This document shows positions 1 to 11,413 of a DNA stretch of 22,002 nt, one piece after another. The notes below the pieces were generated by a model that worked only from the letters and a program-made list of their open reading frames with translations, ran no database searches and was not told the DNA's origin. The number at the start of each line of letters is the position of its first letter. Within the stretch, counting starts at the first letter, position 1. Origin of the DNA: Patellaria atrata CBS 101060 (Eukaryota). The position numbers and the translations under genes are program-made. Where the stretch lies: NCBI GenBank assembly GCA_010093705.1, contig MU006099.1, positions 868,001 through 890,002 of the forward strand, given 5' to 3'.

Positions 1-1788
1 TAAGGCCGAGGATAGCTTCTTCCAGTTGACCATCTTGCAGACAGTTGGAAGGAATGAAAGCGAACAGAAATGCTAACCAATACCCCCATCTTATCTTTTG
101 GTCCTGTCATGGAGATATAACTCTTTCTTGACACTGGAGACCTTGATCTGAATGTGACATACCACTATAGGAGACACTTTACTCACAACCAAATAGAAAA
201 CTGGGCAATTCAATCGCTGCAACTTGACTCGTCAAATATCATCGCGTGGTAAGTAAGCCGCACGTGGCAAATAAGGCACCCAATTACAAGTGCAGTATGT
301 CTACATAGTGATGACTCCCAAGCGCGCTGCCCTAATTAGACTGGGATTGTTAAGGAACGTGGCGCCAGTCCAAGTTTGCTAAGCTTTTCAAGTTCACCAA
401 AGCTTAATTTAAGCTTACATTTAACCGGCGAAGATGAGGAGATGGAACCAGTGAAGAGAAAGGGATCGGCGACATCAATGTCGGCAATAAAATTCATCGG
501 CACGAAAGGATCATGGACATGGTATGCAACTGACTTTATGATATTAAAGAAATTTGATGTTGTGTTGCAAGGAGAGACAACGGAACGTTACTTCACACCG
601 AGACTAGTAAGACAGTATACCACGACATAGATACCTTGCTCGCGACCAATTTTATGGTAAGCTAAGAGAAGAGCAAATGAGGAGAGTTATATGAATCCGA
701 AAATTGAATATTGTTTGCAACAAACTTGATACAAGACAGTACACCGCAAAAAGATACAGGATATATTAAGGAGAATATGTAAGGTCTGAGAGGCTTACCT
801 TTCCACGATGTAAACCCTAGTTTAAGGTATTTAAGAGTCATTGCAACCCGTATAGGGGGACTATTCGATAAACAAACTAACGTATTGTATCGAAAAATTA
901 CACAATTGCGATTAATGACAGGACATCAATGAGATGAGTGTGAGCGGAAAGAATTTGCAGATGACTTTTAATTCTGCGGAAGATAAAGTGATTTGGAGAC
1001 GCCGAATTGGTCTTAGCCCATGATCAGATGAACGGTGCACTAATTACGGTAGTTGATGCCATTGAGCTCGGCATGGGATAGAATCCTTTAAGAGAGTGGC
1101 AAATAAGGTAATTAAGTCCTTCGCGTTGAAGCACCTGGCCAAAGAGGGGTGAGAGTTATTTCTAGGATAGCCTGATGGACATACTGACTGTTCAGAGCTG
1201 GTGGCCGCAATGGTTTCGGGCCTGCTATGCTTTAATCCTTTAGTAACCACTTTTAGCGAGCATACTTTCTATCAGTCGCTTCCAACTTGCCTTAATCCAG
1301 AGGTCAATATGATGAGGAAGACGGTAACTTTAGCGTCCCATTTTGAATAGCATATATACACACTGTTTAGCTGATGTGATACGTGTTCAAAACAGAACAC
1401 ATACTTACGTACCTTAACTGCTTCTAAATGAGGTAAACAAAGTATTCGTCTCCGCTTTTGATGTTTTGGACCGACCTTTTTGATTAATAGTAAGCTTGGG
1501 TCTATGAAGGTTAGACAACTGACAAGGAGCTAATGAATTCTTCCTTGATTCCAAACCGAATTCTGGGACGACTGAACTTGATTGCGAATGTCTCCGAAAC
1601 AAACTATAGTCGAGAGCATTGCTATTTCTTGGGCTTGACGGCTTTTTTGCACTCTGCCAGCCCCGAGAGCTTTTTACATTTGCATGTGCTCTTCGGAATC
1701 CCATTGTCTAGACATGTTTTAATCTTGTCGTGACACTTTCGAACGCATGCGCCTCCGTCCAGTTAGAGATCGAGATCTGTCATCCAGC

Positions 1789-2078
1789 TCATGCCGCGCA
1801 AGATTCTCTGACAGTATTGCCTATAGAGCTGTTAGTGACGATCGAGAGGGAAATACGTGAGAAAGATAAATTGGGCGTAGTTTGAACTTACCACGTTGGT
1901 GGAATTCTTCAAGGCACTCATATAGAGCCGCTTGCACGGGAGCGGGTTTTTCAATCTTTGGAGCGGGGATATAACGTCTCTGTAGAGTTGCCTTAGAAAC
2001 AGCTAAATTCTCGATCGCGTAAGCGTTAGTTAGGACGGTTCCCACCATAAAAAAGGCTGTTGTAAGTTTCATTTTCAT
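1789..2078 (-). CDS. Candidate small secreted protein/peptide precursor, about 72 aa, 2 exons (2078-1892, 1820-1789)
   Basis: Signal-peptide-like N-terminus MKMKLTTAFFMVGTVLTNAYA, then a dibasic LQRR site. The 71-nt intron 1891-1821 has a GTAAGT donor, CACTAAC branch and TAG acceptor. The spliced product ends ...YECLEEFHQRGNTVRESCAA* with 2 Cys. No recognised family. Confidence 0.55.
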
Positions 2079-3224
2079 TTGAGGTGTCGAGGAGCGGTTG
2101 ATTGTAACTTTGGATTAACTGACAGGATTATGTTTGTGGAAAATATAGAGAGACGAAGATTTACCTAGTATTGAAGTATATTTACTTAAGGAGGACAATG
2201 ATTTCATGGTCAGATGGATAGCAAAGAATTTATAGCATAGGCCACCAGAGAAGCAAGGAAAGGTTCGTTCTGAAAGACATCAAACAAAGAGATACAGATG
2301 CTGTAACGTATCAGATACTCTACATGAAAGTGAGGAAAGGGGATTGACCGGGGTTTTAGTCATTTCATGAAAAGAATGAATGAATGAACAAATGACTGCG
2401 ATAAAAGAATACATTAGATCTACTCGGCAATACTGTATAGCTTGACTGTTTCGAGACCTCTCCGCACTCGTGGTCGATCAGGGGGCAGGAATTGGCTCTA
2501 TCATGACTTCATGAGCAGATACCCTTGGAGAGAAAGGTGAGGTTAAGGTTGTAATCATGAGAAAGGATAGGGCTTAATGACAGATAGGGAGGACAGGACA
2601 ACTTCGGTAACGGTAAGAGCAGATTGCTGAAGGACAAATACGTTGTATATCATCCGGGCTTTTGACTGCGTAAGCCGCAATCACGGCGTATTTGACGGCT
2701 ACTGATAAGGGTTTAGCGATTGTATGGGAAAAGAAGCTGTCACAACGGTCGTCGGCCACCACGGGATTAGAACTCAGGGGCCAAATCCACAGAAAAAGAG
2801 CCAGTGGAAGCAAGCAGACAGAGTATGAACAACGGACGGTTCCAGACTAAGTCTACGACTTCGAGAAGAAAGAACGGCCTTTGAACTTGATCGCTAACGA
2901 ACGATTGAGATATTAGTTCTCAAGGACCTTCTGCTGATGCGGTCGAAGATGTCTTCCTAAACTAATAGTCTGACTCCTGAGAGCGCGGACGCCGCTTGCA
3001 GTACCAGAGGGAAGGTAAACTGGAAAATGCTAGCAGTAAGTGGTTCTTCTATTAGACTTAACAAGTGTGCTTTAATAGAGAATGAGACTTAATAACTTGA
3101 CGAACCGCTTATCCTGCTCTGTAAGTTTCGGACAATTTGTCCTCATACATATTACGAGGAAGTGCTTGCTACAAATGCTTTTAATATCTTATTAGGCCGT
3201 CGAATTGTACAAAAAGACTAGTCC

Positions 3225-3997
3225 TAGTTGCAATTGCTTTGCACTGTGAACATATGTTCTGTTCTTAGGAGTACTATTGTAGGTAACCCACGTAGACCTC
3301 GCCGCTTCTTTTATCGCTGTCTAACTGTGTCTATGTCTGCTCTGCTTCCCTCGAGAAAAAGCAGTGAGAAGTATAGCACTATAAGCATGCCAGTCCCCAA
3401 TTCAAACTCAATGTCGTGATGCCGGCACCTGTCGTGTACCATGTTGATATCCTACTCTTCTCCTTCATTACTATCACGGTCCGCGTGTGCGTAAGGATGG
3501 TAGTCCAACGTTCCACTACCAGTCGCTGCTCTCGGCTATCCTTGCAGATTTTATTCTTCTTGAATAAGTATAATCTTAAGGTACTCTGCTTGGCTGGATA
3601 ATTGTATCTGGAAACCCTCAAGAGGATCTCTTCCAGAAGATAGTCTTTCAGGATCTATCTGACGCTCTAGGACTCTGACCTCGTGAGAAGATGCAATGTC
3701 GATGAACTCATCTACCACTGTTAGGCGCCTAATGTAAAACCAGTTTGTCGCGAGGGTAAGCAATAGAGGGAATGGAGATACCAAAATCTGACTATGAAAA
3801 GGGGCGCACTTTTCCTCTACTATACAACGGACATACACGGTGTTAGGGAGCGCAGCTCTACAGATCAGTTCCGATTTCCGAAAGATTAATGACTGGGTCC
3901 AGTACAGGAGGAGTTTGAGCTCGACTAAGGGGACATTCAACTGGGCACTGCTAGGGAGGGATGTTGGAGGTTTAAAGACAGTTGAGTAAGCGAACAC
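3225..3997 (-). pseudogene. Possible degenerate gene relic
   Basis: The frame of ORF 3997-3551 continues for about 100 more codons, interrupted only by TAA/TAG stops that could be C-to-T changes of Gln codons. No recognisable motif. Confidence 0.2.
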
Positions 3998-5013
3998 CCC
4001 TGGTCATTCAACGCTTGGCAATGGACCTTGGGACGGGACACACTCTCAGCCTGCGAACAAAGTGACCTGGGGTGTAAGTGAGTGATGGACGGAGATGTGA
4101 TGATAGAGTACAACTGGGACAACTCCATGCACTTTCGATCAGGGTAACCACTTCCTTGAATCCGGACTTTACGAATATCCCTCAGATGCATAAATGGCTC
4201 AGCAAACAGAAAGCCCGACAAATCGGTGCCTGGTATTATACTGTTATTCTGCACCCCACTGTACTGTACTGTATAGTATAGTTCAACTACCGGTCACCAT
4301 CATCATCATTTTACAGAAGCAGAAGCTCATTGTCCCCTTTAAGCTGGTCCAATAATACCACAGATAATGAGAGGGAGGGTTTTGTCAGAGATGCTTGAGA
4401 ATTACCTTACCGTCACCTCTTCCACATGTTCCCCATCAGGAGGACCGGCCCACTTCATCGAAGATATGCATTTTGCTAGAGATGGTTCATGCGCCATGAC
4501 TATGAACGCAAACCCCTGAACACTATAGTCTCCTTAAACGTCTAGAGGTCAATTCTTAGCTATCTTAAGCCCGATAGCACATCTTCAGCGATTGATTTCA
4601 CTGTTTCGGTTGCCTCTCTAAAACCGTGGAACATAAAATCTTTCCCAGTTCTTAAATAGAAAATTTCGATTTAGGCTAATGTTTCGTTAGCTTTACATTG
4701 GCCCTGCAGCTTCGGCACTAGAACTAACTCATTAATGATGGTTTACCTTAGTACATCTTTAACTGAACTTCAACACATCTGTCATTTTCTTTTCTCCGTC
4801 ATCTTACTTTTACCTAGTTCTAAGGCTATATCCGCGACTTATCTATCACCTAAATACTCATCATCTTTGGGGTCTCTCACATACAACTGTATCCTAATCG
4901 ACCAAGGACAAGCAACATTTACCGCTCTGGCCGTGGCTTTGATGTTTCATTGAAACCTCAACAAAGAAAAGCAGTCTGGATAACGGGTCCATTTAAGAAC
5001 TAGGAGAAGCACG

Positions 5014-7368
5014 ATGCTGGGCTCCACTGAAAGCGGCGAACGCTATGAATTGACGAGCCCTACCGCCATGCCAAAAGCAGGTGGCTTCCTCTGGAACCAG
5101 AAGATGATGATACAAGCTACATGCCGCGGATATACTACAGCGCAATTCATGCAACCCGAGCCAGCAAAGTACGCTCATGCGCCTAACGTGGAAGCTAAGA
5201 CCTTTATGCAACCAGAGCAGAACTACTACGCACACCACCCTGGCCGCTTTGTGTACGTAAAAGACGAGGAGAATGGCCGTTTGTTTTCTGCGCCGTACGA
5301 ACCTGTACGCGCTCCCCTAGATCGTTTCATTTTTTCGGTCGGCAAGAGTGACCTCAAATGGACCGTAGAGAACCTCGGGATACAGGTTGAAATGACTTTA
5401 GGACTACCCACCAAAGATGTCGTGGAGCTATGGACCGTCAAGGTTACTAACGTCTCCGGCTCACTGCGCAAGCTCAGTGTTACCCCTTACTTCCCAATAG
5501 GTTATATGTCCTGGATGAACCAGTCCGCCGAGTATCGTTCTGATTTAGGCGGTGTGGTGGCTAGCAGTATCACGCCTTATCAAAAGGCGACTGACTACTT
5601 TAAGAATAAGTATCTAAAAGATAAAACGTACTTCCTATGTGAAAGCCCTCCAAATTCATGGGAAACTATGCAACAAGCTTTTGAAGGAGAGGGAGGGTTG
5701 CATGCTCCATCTGCACTGTTGGAACCGGACCTTTTGGGCGGCGATGCACACTATGAAACCCCAGCTGCTGTTGTGCAGTACCGCCTCACCCTGGAACCGG
5801 ATGAATCTCGTGAGTACCGTTTCTTGTTTGGTCCTGCTTTTGATGATGTGGAGATACGCGGTATACGCGACAAATACCTAAGTAGCGAAGGATTTGCTCA
5901 GTCAGCACGTGAGTACACATCCTATATCGAACAAGGGCGTGGTTGCCTGCAGATCGAGACTCCGGATAAGGACTTGGATAATTTTGTCAACCACTGGTTG
6001 CCACGCCAAGGATACTATCACGGTGACGTGAATCGTTTGACGACCGACCCACAGACTCGTAACTATCTTCAAGATAATATGGGCATGAGCTTTATCAAGC
6101 CCGAGGTAGCGCGAAATGCGTTCATTACCGCCCTTGCACAACAAGAAGCCAGCGGCGCCATGCCAGACGGAATCTTGTTAGCTGAAGGAGCCGAACTGAA
6201 GTATATCAACCAGATCCCACACACAGACCATTGCGTGTGGCTGCCGGTGACGCTAGAGGTGTATCTGGCCGAAACAGCCGATTACGATCTATTAAAGGAG
6301 GAGGTACGCAGCGCGAATGGTGATACCTATACCGTATTCCAGCGCTTTAGCCGCGCGATGGACTGGTTACTATCGGAACGTGATGAGCGAGGTTTAAGTT
6401 ATATCGCCCAGGGCGACTGGTGCGACCCAATGAACATGGTAGGACGAAAAGGCAAAGGGGTATCAGGCTGGCTCACCATAGCTTCTGGCTACGCGCTCAA
6501 CTTGTGGGCTGCGGTCTGTGAACAGCAGGGGAAACTAGAAGTAGCAGCCCGCTATCGAGATGGTGCACGGGATTTGAATGAAGCAGCAAATATCCACTTC
6601 TGGAATGGTGACTGGTATGCACGTGGTATCACAGATGATGGGGTTGTCTTCGGAACTCGGAACGACCACGAAGGCCGCATCTGGCTGAACCCTCAATCGT
6701 GGTCCATTCTAAGCGGCGCAGCCAGTGCTGAACAGCGCGCCAAAATGCTACCGGAGGTAGAAAGTCAGTTGAGCACACCATATGGTATCACCATGTTCGG
6801 ACCTCCTTTCAGTGGTATGCGTGAGGATATCGGTCGGGTGACACAAAAATATCCCGGCTCTGCTGAAAACGCCTCTGTGTATAATCACGCGGCCATATTC
6901 TACATTTATAGTTTATACACTATTGGCGAGGGCGACCGAGCATACAAGCTGCTGCGTCAAATGTTACCAGGACCGAGTGAAGAGGACTATCTCCAGCGTG
7001 GCCAGCTACCTGTATACATTCCGAATTACTACCGTGGAGCATGGCACCAATATCCACGCACCGCAGGCCGGTCAAGTCAGCTGTTCAACACCGGCACCGT
7101 ATCGTGGGCGTACCGTTGCTTTATTGAATGTTTATGCGGACTACGGGGAGATGCAGAGGGACTCTTGATTCAACCCCAACTACCATCTTCATGGTCTGGT
7201 ATTAAAGCTACTCGACTTTTCCGCGGCGCAAAGTTTGTGATTGACATCCATCGTGGAGATGTGGAAGAGGTGAAGGTTATGTGTGCCGGCCAGCCATTGT
7301 CTGAGCCTCGTATAACGAATATTGAGCCTGGTGTCCTCTACAATGTTACCGTTTCAATACCATACTAG
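5014..7368 (+). CDS. cap: GH94 glycoside phosphorylase, most likely cellobionic acid phosphorylase (NdvB-like), 784 aa, intronless
   Basis: Long uninterrupted ORF. It has the catalytic-loop motif QGDWCDPMN (GDWND in cellobiose phosphorylases), plus [36 protein letters not shown] and FNTGTVSW. The N-terminus [18 protein letters not shown] recalls the Xanthomonas/Neurospora cellobionic acid phosphorylase clade. No signal peptide. Confidence 0.88.
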   Translation: MLGSTESGERYELTSPTAMPKAGGFLWNQKMMIQATCRGYTTAQFMQPEPAKYAHAPNVEAKTFMQPEQNYYAHHPGRFVYVKDEENGRLFSAPYEPVRAPLDRFIFSVGKSDLKWTVENLGIQVEMTLGLPTKDVVELWTVKVTNVSGSLRKLSVTPYFPIGYMSWMNQSAEYRSDLGGVVASSITPYQKATDYFKNKYLKDKTYFLCESPPNSWETMQQAFEGEGGLHAPSALLEPDLLGGDAHYETPAAVVQYRLTLEPDESREYRFLFGPAFDDVEIRGIRDKYLSSEGFAQSAREYTSYIEQGRGCLQIETPDKDLDNFVNHWLPRQGYYHGDVNRLTTDPQTRNYLQDNMGMSFIKPEVARNAFITALAQQEASGAMPDGILLAEGAELKYINQIPHTDHCVWLPVTLEVYLAETADYDLLKEEVRSANGDTYTVFQRFSRAMDWLLSERDERGLSYIAQGDWCDPMNMVGRKGKGVSGWLTIASGYALNLWAAVCEQQGKLEVAARYRDGARDLNEAANIHFWNGDWYARGITDDGVVFGTRNDHEGRIWLNPQSWSILSGAASAEQRAKMLPEVESQLSTPYGITMFGPPFSGMREDIGRVTQKYPGSAENASVYNHAAIFYIYSLYTIGEGDRAYKLLRQMLPGPSEEDYLQRGQLPVYIPNYYRGAWHQYPRTAGRSSQLFNTGTVSWAYRCFIECLCGLRGDAEGLLIQPQLPSSWSGIKATRLFRGAKFVIDIHRGDVEEVKVMCAGQPLSEPRITNIEPGVLYNVTVSIPY

Positions 7369-8436
7369 GATGTATGTTTGACAGCTTTAAGCTTCATCAA
7401 GTCACTAACACTATGCACAAATATAGAGAAGACATATTATCTCTTTCCATCAGATCGTTCCTTCAATGCTAAAATCACCGTGAAGTTAATCCTTTTGACT
7501 GGACAGGATAGTAGTACACAGAGAATAAGGACAATCGATTCAGGATCATGGCTTTTAAATCTACGAACTCGCCGACTCTGTGCTTCTGGACTTTTCAATG
7601 GATCTATCGAGGAATTGGGATTTATTTGTGTTCCCAATGACCGTGGGAACTGGTCGGTTCAGAGCAACAATTACCCTAAAATTTGAACATATCTCTTCCC
7701 ACCCTTTTCATATTTCACGTGGAGAGCCAATGGTCGAAGCGTATGATATCTGAATGGCGAAGGAGTGCAATATCTATTTCAAGCAGATCTATCTGGTACT
7801 AAGAGATCAGCCTGTTCGAATCCAGAAGGAATGGAAATGTCTATACTCCCTACAACTTGATCCTCTTCCTTCAATATCTTATAAATACAATCTGAACAGC
7901 TAAAATTTAACCTTGCAATTATCCCTATTAACATTATCTCAGCATGCGTTGGTATGACAGCAGCGATTAGGGGGAAACTACAACAGAGTCTCATCGCAGT
8001 GTACTCTTGTAAACCCCGCCGTCTAACAGTAGACGCTATGAGATTTAAAAAGAATTGCACGCTTGAAACATAGGAGCAAGAAGTTGGATAGTGAGGTGGA
8101 AAACATTGGCCAGCGCAATTGGGGGAAGTAGAGAATCTGGCTTGGTGAAACATATCAAGTATTACCGAGGAATTCATGCACGTCAGAGTCCTTCCCTAAT
8201 CAAAAAATGATGATGTGATTCTAACTAGCAATGCTAAAGATGCTAAGAAAGTAATCGCGGCGAATAGTTGGTCTAGAACTTAGGTGAGCAGGAAACACAT
8301 ATCTATCGAGTATACATTGTTGACGGCAAGAGTAGCTTTATTGGAAGCGTTCATCAGATCCCACCACAATACTAGCTACAACCGTGTCTCTGGACCTATT
8401 GCAAAGAGGATTTCTAACCATCTCCTCTCCAGTCTA

Positions 8437-9883
8437 TTAACCTAAGTTTCCAGGTAGGCTAGGCAACCCTATTCAAGTCGTTAAAGTGGGAACGAATTTC
8501 ACTTAAGATGTCTCAACTTACAACTTTCAAAGTCTTCTTCAACAACATTTGATACTTTGCAGGTATTCCCTGCAGTAGGTTGCTGTGTTCTTAGACCGCC
8601 GCAAGAAGCACCCATGCAGCCTTTGGCATCATCCATGGCTCTCTGGAGCGAGTCATCTTTCCACCCGAAAACGTAATCGCCATGCTGGCTATATCCAGTA
8701 GTATCCCCAGTACTCAAAACAAAAGGTTGAGATCCTAGAACTAGATGTTACTCTCTATCTAAACATTAGGATTACCTGTTGCATACCATCCGTGGGCCAA
8801 TCAGCCTTGTTGTTGAACTTGGTTGTATCCCAAACGATCTGTAACTGCATATTAACAACACGAATCGAGAATTTCAACAACTATGAGTACGTACCTCCAG
8901 CATAACTTGCGGAATCTTGACAGGATGAGTGGACGGGCAGGCACCACCAGTGCTAGTACCAGTGAACGCGGCAGGTCCGTTTGAAGGATATGCAACATGA
9001 GATTTGTGGTCAGGACTATCAAGATTCACACCATCCCAGCAGCTGTACCTTGTTAGAGCCGGCAGGAAAACATTCGATAAGGACTTACGTTGGATATAGA
9101 ATGTTGGATCGAATGCCACCTGGGCAAGGTTGCGTGGGGAAAGTCTCAGTATCCAACCTGTACTCATTAGCATCCGCAAAATGATACAGAATGGAGAGAC
9201 AAACCTTGCATCTGCGCAAGGAGCAGCATTGTCACCCGCAAAGTTAGGGCCGCTATAGCAGCGGAAGCATGTCTGAGACTTCAATCCGTTGCCTTTCTTT
9301 GTACGTGCCATGGCATCACCGACAAGCATGCGAAATCCCTAAGGACAATCATTAAAAAGAAGGCTACCAAACATCCATTTTGAGCTTACAGGTTTGAAAG
9401 CGGTGGTTTGTCCCTTACCGCCAGAGACATAGTAGACCACAAAACCACCCTTAGTTTGGGTGGTGTATTTGTCATTAAATAGCTCTCTGAAGTAGTTCGT
9501 AAGCGGCTCTATTTTGTGTTCGCAAGATGAATGCAGGTGTTCACGTACCTGTTAGGAACCTGGGGCACCCGCTTGTAGCTGCCGTTGCGAGCTTTGAAGT
9601 AGAGATTGGCGGTCCAATAATTGGAAAAGTCGTCGGCGTAACCACAGGTAGTGCAGCTTGCGAGTCTACTGATATCCGTCTCGGGCATGGAGACATTAAA
9701 GGCATTGCCTCCAACTACTTGATGTAGATGAGGAGACGGTGCTTGGCCCGGGTTGACGAGAGGGTCGATGCGGTCGATAACGACTTGAGAGCATCCAAAT
9801 CGCAACATAGTAAAGCCACTGCCGCCAAATTGTGGCATGGCTTCAGAGAGCGCAGCAAAGGCGAGAAAAGCGGACCAGAGCAT
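8437..9883 (-). CDS. Secreted DUF1996 domain protein, about 359 aa, 8 exons (9883-9549, 9486-9390, 9338-9205, 9157-9089, 9042-8895, 8838-8787, 8734-8522, 8468-8437)
   Basis: Signal peptide MLWSAFLAFAALSEA. DUF1996 hallmarks: RIDPLVNPG..SPHLHQVVGGNAF, CTTC...DFSNYWTANLYF, AFKPGFRMLVGD, YPTCWDGVNLDSPDHKSHVAYP, CPSTHPVKIPQ, GYSQHGDYVFGW. All 7 introns are GT-AG and the exons sum to 1080 nt in frame. Confidence 0.9.
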
Positions 9884-11413
9884 CTTCGATATTTCGCAGA
9901 ATGACCCAGAAATGACACAGTAACGGAGTGGTGAGTCGAGTCGAGTCGTGTTACGGATATCTCTTTAATATTATTTCTCCCGTAGACGGGCTTATAGACC
10001 TTTACCTCGCATTTCCCTACAACTACCGATTCCGGCATATTGTAGAGTGGCAAGGAGAGTTTATTATCGAATATCGCGTAGCCAATCCAAGACGTGCAAC
10101 GAGTGAATGATTGACAGCGGAGTGCATCCCCTGACCACCGAAGTAATTTCGCAATATAGTAGAAAGAGACGCTGAATGGATCGGCTGAAAGGTTGTCAAA
10201 GGCAAGCTGTAAATCACTCTAAATTTATCAATTCTAGAAATCCTTGTCCGTATCAAGCTTTTTAGTAGTGCGTATGTCGGCATATGCACCCCGCGCTTTT
10301 GGGAGGAACCGGCCATTGGACTACTAGTTCGGTGACTTGGAAGAATGATAGAGGACTTTGTATGGGAGATCGAAGCTGAGAGATCTGGACGAGGGAGAGA
10401 TCTGGGATATGCTTATGTTTGCATATATGAAAAAAGGAACAGTCGGGCTTTCTCGTAAGTACTGTATCAGGCCTATATTTCCAGTAAGAAACAACCTAAG
10501 CTATCGAAGACACAGCGTGGCCAGTCCAAATTCATGTTATACAAGCACACCCACTCCGAAGAGTGCCCCAGAAGCTGCACCTAGTTAACCACACGTGGAG
10601 TTGGAGTGATACCCTCGTCGGAAAAAAATTCAATAAGGTGTCGCATCACTTCTAACCGAATATGAATAGGAAGGAAGGAGAATGGTCGAGTGAAAAGCTA
10701 AGGTAGACTTGGCGATAAATCACCTTAAATCACGGGTCCATAACTTCAGGACATCAAGAGTAACATGATTGCGGCCTCGTCCGATTCTACGGTAGCTGAT
10801 GAGGGATCACGTGATCAATACATTACTAAGCTACATTGCCAGCCGAGTTCTCCACTCTCTCGTTCGTAACGAACTGAGAACTTCGATCTGATTCTGGTAA
10901 TACGCCAAGGTCTAGTGGTTTTGGTTCTCCGGAGATCCTAATTGTCTGTCTCTTGTAGCGAGTTGTGATGATAAGTTTGATAACATTTCCTCTTGTCGGA
11001 TTGCTACGGTAGCTTAAAAAGATGCTTGATTTTTAAAGCGTAGTTTTATCTAGCTGTTATATACTGCAGGTGTGTACCAAAAGGGACGGAACAGTATGAA
11101 ATCTATGTCTTAGAAAATAACGAAAATAGTACCAACAGTAAGAACTAAAAGATAACGTTAGTGCTGTATCAGATTAGTAACCTTGGTTACTCTGATAACG
11201 TGCATCACCAGTCAGTGGTACACACCACTCAGTGGGACACCCCACCAAAACCACCCCACGTCTTCAACAAAATCAACAATGCCACTAACAAAGAACCTCC
11301 AGAAGCTCCGGTAAGAAGGTAGGTTACTTATTGCTACTAAGTCGCTTCAAGAAAACAGAATCTCAAGTGTCTGGAAGGCCGCCGGATTGTACGATGTTCT
11401 AAAGTCTACTCTC

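Noticed and set aside
1..1750. Short ORFs and scattered splice-like signals
   Set aside because: I could not assemble a consistent gene model or find a protein motif.
4993..7168. Short antisense and alternate-frame ORFs over the GH94 gene (likewise those over the DUF1996, hAT and protease-like genes)
   Set aside because: Shadow ORFs of real coding sequence.
7378..8177. ORFs of 102 and 132 aa between the convergent GH94 and DUF1996 genes
   Set aside because: No motifs. This is probably 3' UTR and intergenic sequence.
9900..11160. Short ORFs and CACGTG boxes upstream of the DUF1996 gene
   Set aside because: No coding signature, and hexamers alone do not support a regulatory call.
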